From Octopus sinensis (taxonomy: Eukaryota): a stretch of DNA of 64,000 nt. How positions within the stretch are numbered: the first letter of the stretch is position 1; each line of letters opens with the position of its first letter. A program made the position numbers and the translations under genes. The notes under the pieces are model-generated. The model did no database searches. It saw only the letters and a program-made list of their open reading frames with translations, and was not told the DNA's origin. This document shows, piece by piece, positions 61,201 to 64,000 of the stretch. Where the stretch lies: positions 14,260,001 to 14,324,000 of the forward strand of contig NC_043020.1 in NCBI RefSeq assembly GCF_006345805.1. The letters are read 5' to 3'.

Positions 61201-61568
61201 GCGAAACTGGGTTCTAGAAGCACTGTGTAGAAAACCTCTTACACACTCTACCACAACAAACCAAACTATGCCTCTACGTCCCTTCTCTTCCTCATATTTC
61301 CGCTTCATGTACTATGATTACCTCCCAATCTTGTCCTCTTGGCCACTGTATCATTGCTCTCTGCTTGCCTCTGACCTGTGTGTTCTACCCACATGCCTTG
61401 TCTCACTCTATTATTGCTATCTGCTAGCCCCTGACCTGGGCATTCCACCCACATGTTACAAGGAAACTTTTCCTTCACCCTACCCCAACAAACCAATTTA
61501 CATCTCTTTCTTGCATTCCCTCCTTCATTCACTATACCCAGCTCTCAATCCCTAATCCTGTCCTCCCG

Positions 61569-61833
61569 ACTGGCCTCCTTGCCGGTGGCAGGTAAAAAGC
61601 ACCATCGGATTGTGGCCGTTGCCAGCCTCGTCTGGCACCTGTGCAGGTGGCACGTAAGAAGCACCCACTACACTCACGGAGTGGTTGGCGTTAGGAAGGG
61701 CATCCAGCCGTAGAAACACTGCCAGATCAGACTGGGCCTGGTGCAGCCTACTGGCTCCCCAGACCCCAGTTGAACCGTCCAACCCATGCTAGCATGGAAA
61801 ACGGACGTTAAACGATGATGATGATGATGATGA
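61569..61833 (+). mobile_element. RTE 3' UTR fragment (family B)
   Basis: Ends GGACGTTAAAC(GAT)n. Confidence 0.75.
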
Positions 61834-62055
61834 CACCCCTGTTCCTCTGTATCCTTGCTATCCACTAGCCTCTCCAACTTTATATATATCCAGGTCTTTT
61901 GCCATTTACTTGCACTCTTTAATTGCACTCCTTTCACAATATCTTACCGTTTATATAATGGCATTTGAACCTCAAGCTTATGCCCTGGCACTTGCTACTA
62001 TCTATATCTATCTCTCTTTCTTTATTCAACCATCTCTGGTTTCAAGCTTTTGTCT

Positions 62056-62458
62056 TATGAAGAAAGGCTGAAGACGCTCAACATTTATTCTCTAGAAAAA
62101 TGACGACACCGTGGTGATCTCATTCTTGCTCACTACATCATAAGCGGAAAGTGTTACCTCTCGAAAGATCTGTTCTTCACTCCTGCTCCAGAACGTCGGC
62201 TGCGGGCTCACTCCGAAAGGCTCTATCTGCGACGATTTCATCTCAATTGAAGGAGTGGGGCTTTCTCCATCCGGGTTGCGGATCCGTGGAATAAGCTGCC
62301 GGACGCGATAGTGAAGATACCGATGACCGCTCGGTTCAAGGTCTCTCTTGACCAGAAATGGCCTGAACTCTTTGCATGAACACCCTCCCTGTACATAACT
62401 CCATGTCCCCCTACATGGCCTTGATTTTTGCTTTTTGAGCCTATTAACTTAACTTAAC
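62056..62458 (+). mobile_element. CR1-clade LINE 3' end
   Basis: YEERLKTLNIYSLEK.RHRGDLI...FSIRVADPWNKLP...FKVSLD, stop at 62377-62379, tail (TTAAC)n. Confidence 0.85.
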
Positions 62459-62509
62459 TGGTGAGCATGCCCAGCATTTTGCCACCATCTCCATCTTGCG
62501 GTCTCTCAT

Positions 62510-62540
<31 letters not shown>

Positions 62541-62905
62541 CACTTCCCTCAGGTTGGGCAACCATGTATTTTCTTTGTGGTAGCACACCTGTTTCTGTCT
62601 TCATTCCTGATCTTTCTCTCTCTCTGGCTGGGTAACCTTGTACTTCCTCTTCAGCAGGCTTCGGCCTGACCGGCTCTTGTGGTACTATCCTACTATCCTA
62701 CCCATGCTAGCATGGAACACAGATGTTAAATGATGATGATAATGATGATGATGATGACGCCACCGCCGCCGCCATTGTTAAATGTAATAATAATAATAGA
62801 GTGGCCTGCAAGCTTAACCTAAATAGGCAAAATATATGCAAATCTCTCACCATAAATATAGGTATGTTGGTGCAAACAGGAAAAATAGGACTCAAAATAA
62901 GAATG

Positions 62906-63297
62906 TACTCTCTTTACTCTTTTACTCTTTTACTTGTTTCAGTCATTTGACTGCGGCCATGCTGGAGCACCACCTTTAATCGAGCAACTCGACACCGGGA
63001 CTTATTCTTTTGTAAGCCCAGTACTTATTCTATCGGTCTTTTTTGCCGAACCGCTAAGTAACGGGGACATAAACACACCAGCATCGGTTGTCAAGCAATG
63101 CTAGGGGGACAAACACAGACACACAAACACACACACGCATATATATACATATATACGACGGGCTTCTTTCAGTTTCCGTCTACCAAATCCACTCACAAGG
63201 CTTTGGTCGGCCCGAGGCTATAGTAGAAGACACTTGCCCAAGGTGCCACGCAGTGGGAATGAACCCGGAACCATGTGGTTGGTAAACAAGCTACTTA
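62906..63297 (-). mobile_element. SINE family A, head truncated
   Basis: Reverse-complement copy. Confidence 0.85.
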
Positions 63298-64000
63298 TTT
63301 TTATTAATATTTAGCAATGTGTGTGTGTGTGTGTGTGTTTACAGTAAAGGATCAAGTTCTGACTGGTTGTAAATTTAATGACACCACTTCTTTTGTTGCA
63401 TCTGCTTTCATGCTTTGTTCAAATATTTTTTCAGCATTCTTGTTGATTGATTTTCTACCTACATCATTTTGTTGTTGTTGAAGGACTTGGTAACCTGTTT
63501 TTGCCTGATTTTCATGCAAAATTTTCAGTTGGTTGATTCCCTTAAGAAGCCACTGGTCCAGTTGATTCAATATTTATTTGTTTTTACCCTGATGGTCCAG
63601 TTTTGACCAGAAACCAATCTCATTGGTTCAGTCTGGGGTGACATCAGCAACTGGTGTTTGAGATCTTGTATGGTGTTAGTATGCTGTAGTTTGGAGTCAG
63701 GGTTTCAAATTTTTTAGGAAGCCTATTATTCAAACTTGATTTATATCTGTTGTCTTTGGTCATTTTGTGTGAACAAATTGTGTTTTCTCAGTCTATGTAT
63801 GATAGACATATAAGCAATTTATGGTGCATTAATTTTAACGACAAACTCTTATATAGACAGCCCTGTTGAGAACCACTGGTTTCAGTCAAGAACTCAAAAC
63901 TGAAAGATATGTTTAGAATGTTAGTAAGATACTTGGATTCACTGATGCTGAGCAGAAGAATGGAAAGAATATCACAAGGAATGTAGGGCACTGAGATGTG

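Noticed and set aside
62640-62690. CAGGC-TTCG-GCCTG (UUCG tetraloop) hairpin with antisense CTGAAGA
   Set aside because: No matching GAAA or stem II/III; a single short hairpin can arise by chance.

Overview
AT-rich, microsatellite- and transposon-dense eukaryotic DNA with one 100-N scaffold gap (8321-8420). The SINE families and TA/TG-rich background resemble an octopod (Octopus) genome; this is recognition by eye, not a database result. Almost all ORFs in the supplied track are artefacts of SINEs and simple repeats. I can support only one host coding exon (37608-37760, +), encoding the N-terminal signal anchor of a type II membrane protein, plausibly a Golgi enzyme. Mobile elements: about 25 copies of one tRNA-derived SINE (family A), two other SINE groups (family C and tRNA-Arg-headed), RTE, CR1 and Tx1 LINE fragments, a full-length decayed mariner, two Tc1-like remnants (one with an apparent intron), piggyBac-type MITEs, non-autonomous Helitrons and a Helitron helicase fragment. 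The most notable signal is about ten type I hammerhead-ribozyme motifs from at least six sequence families, typical of Penelope-like or retrozyme-like elements. Several are associated with snap-back inverted repeats whose junctions lie within a few nt of the predicted self-cleavage site. All coordinates were read by eye and may be off by a few bases; nothing was aligned computationally or folded.
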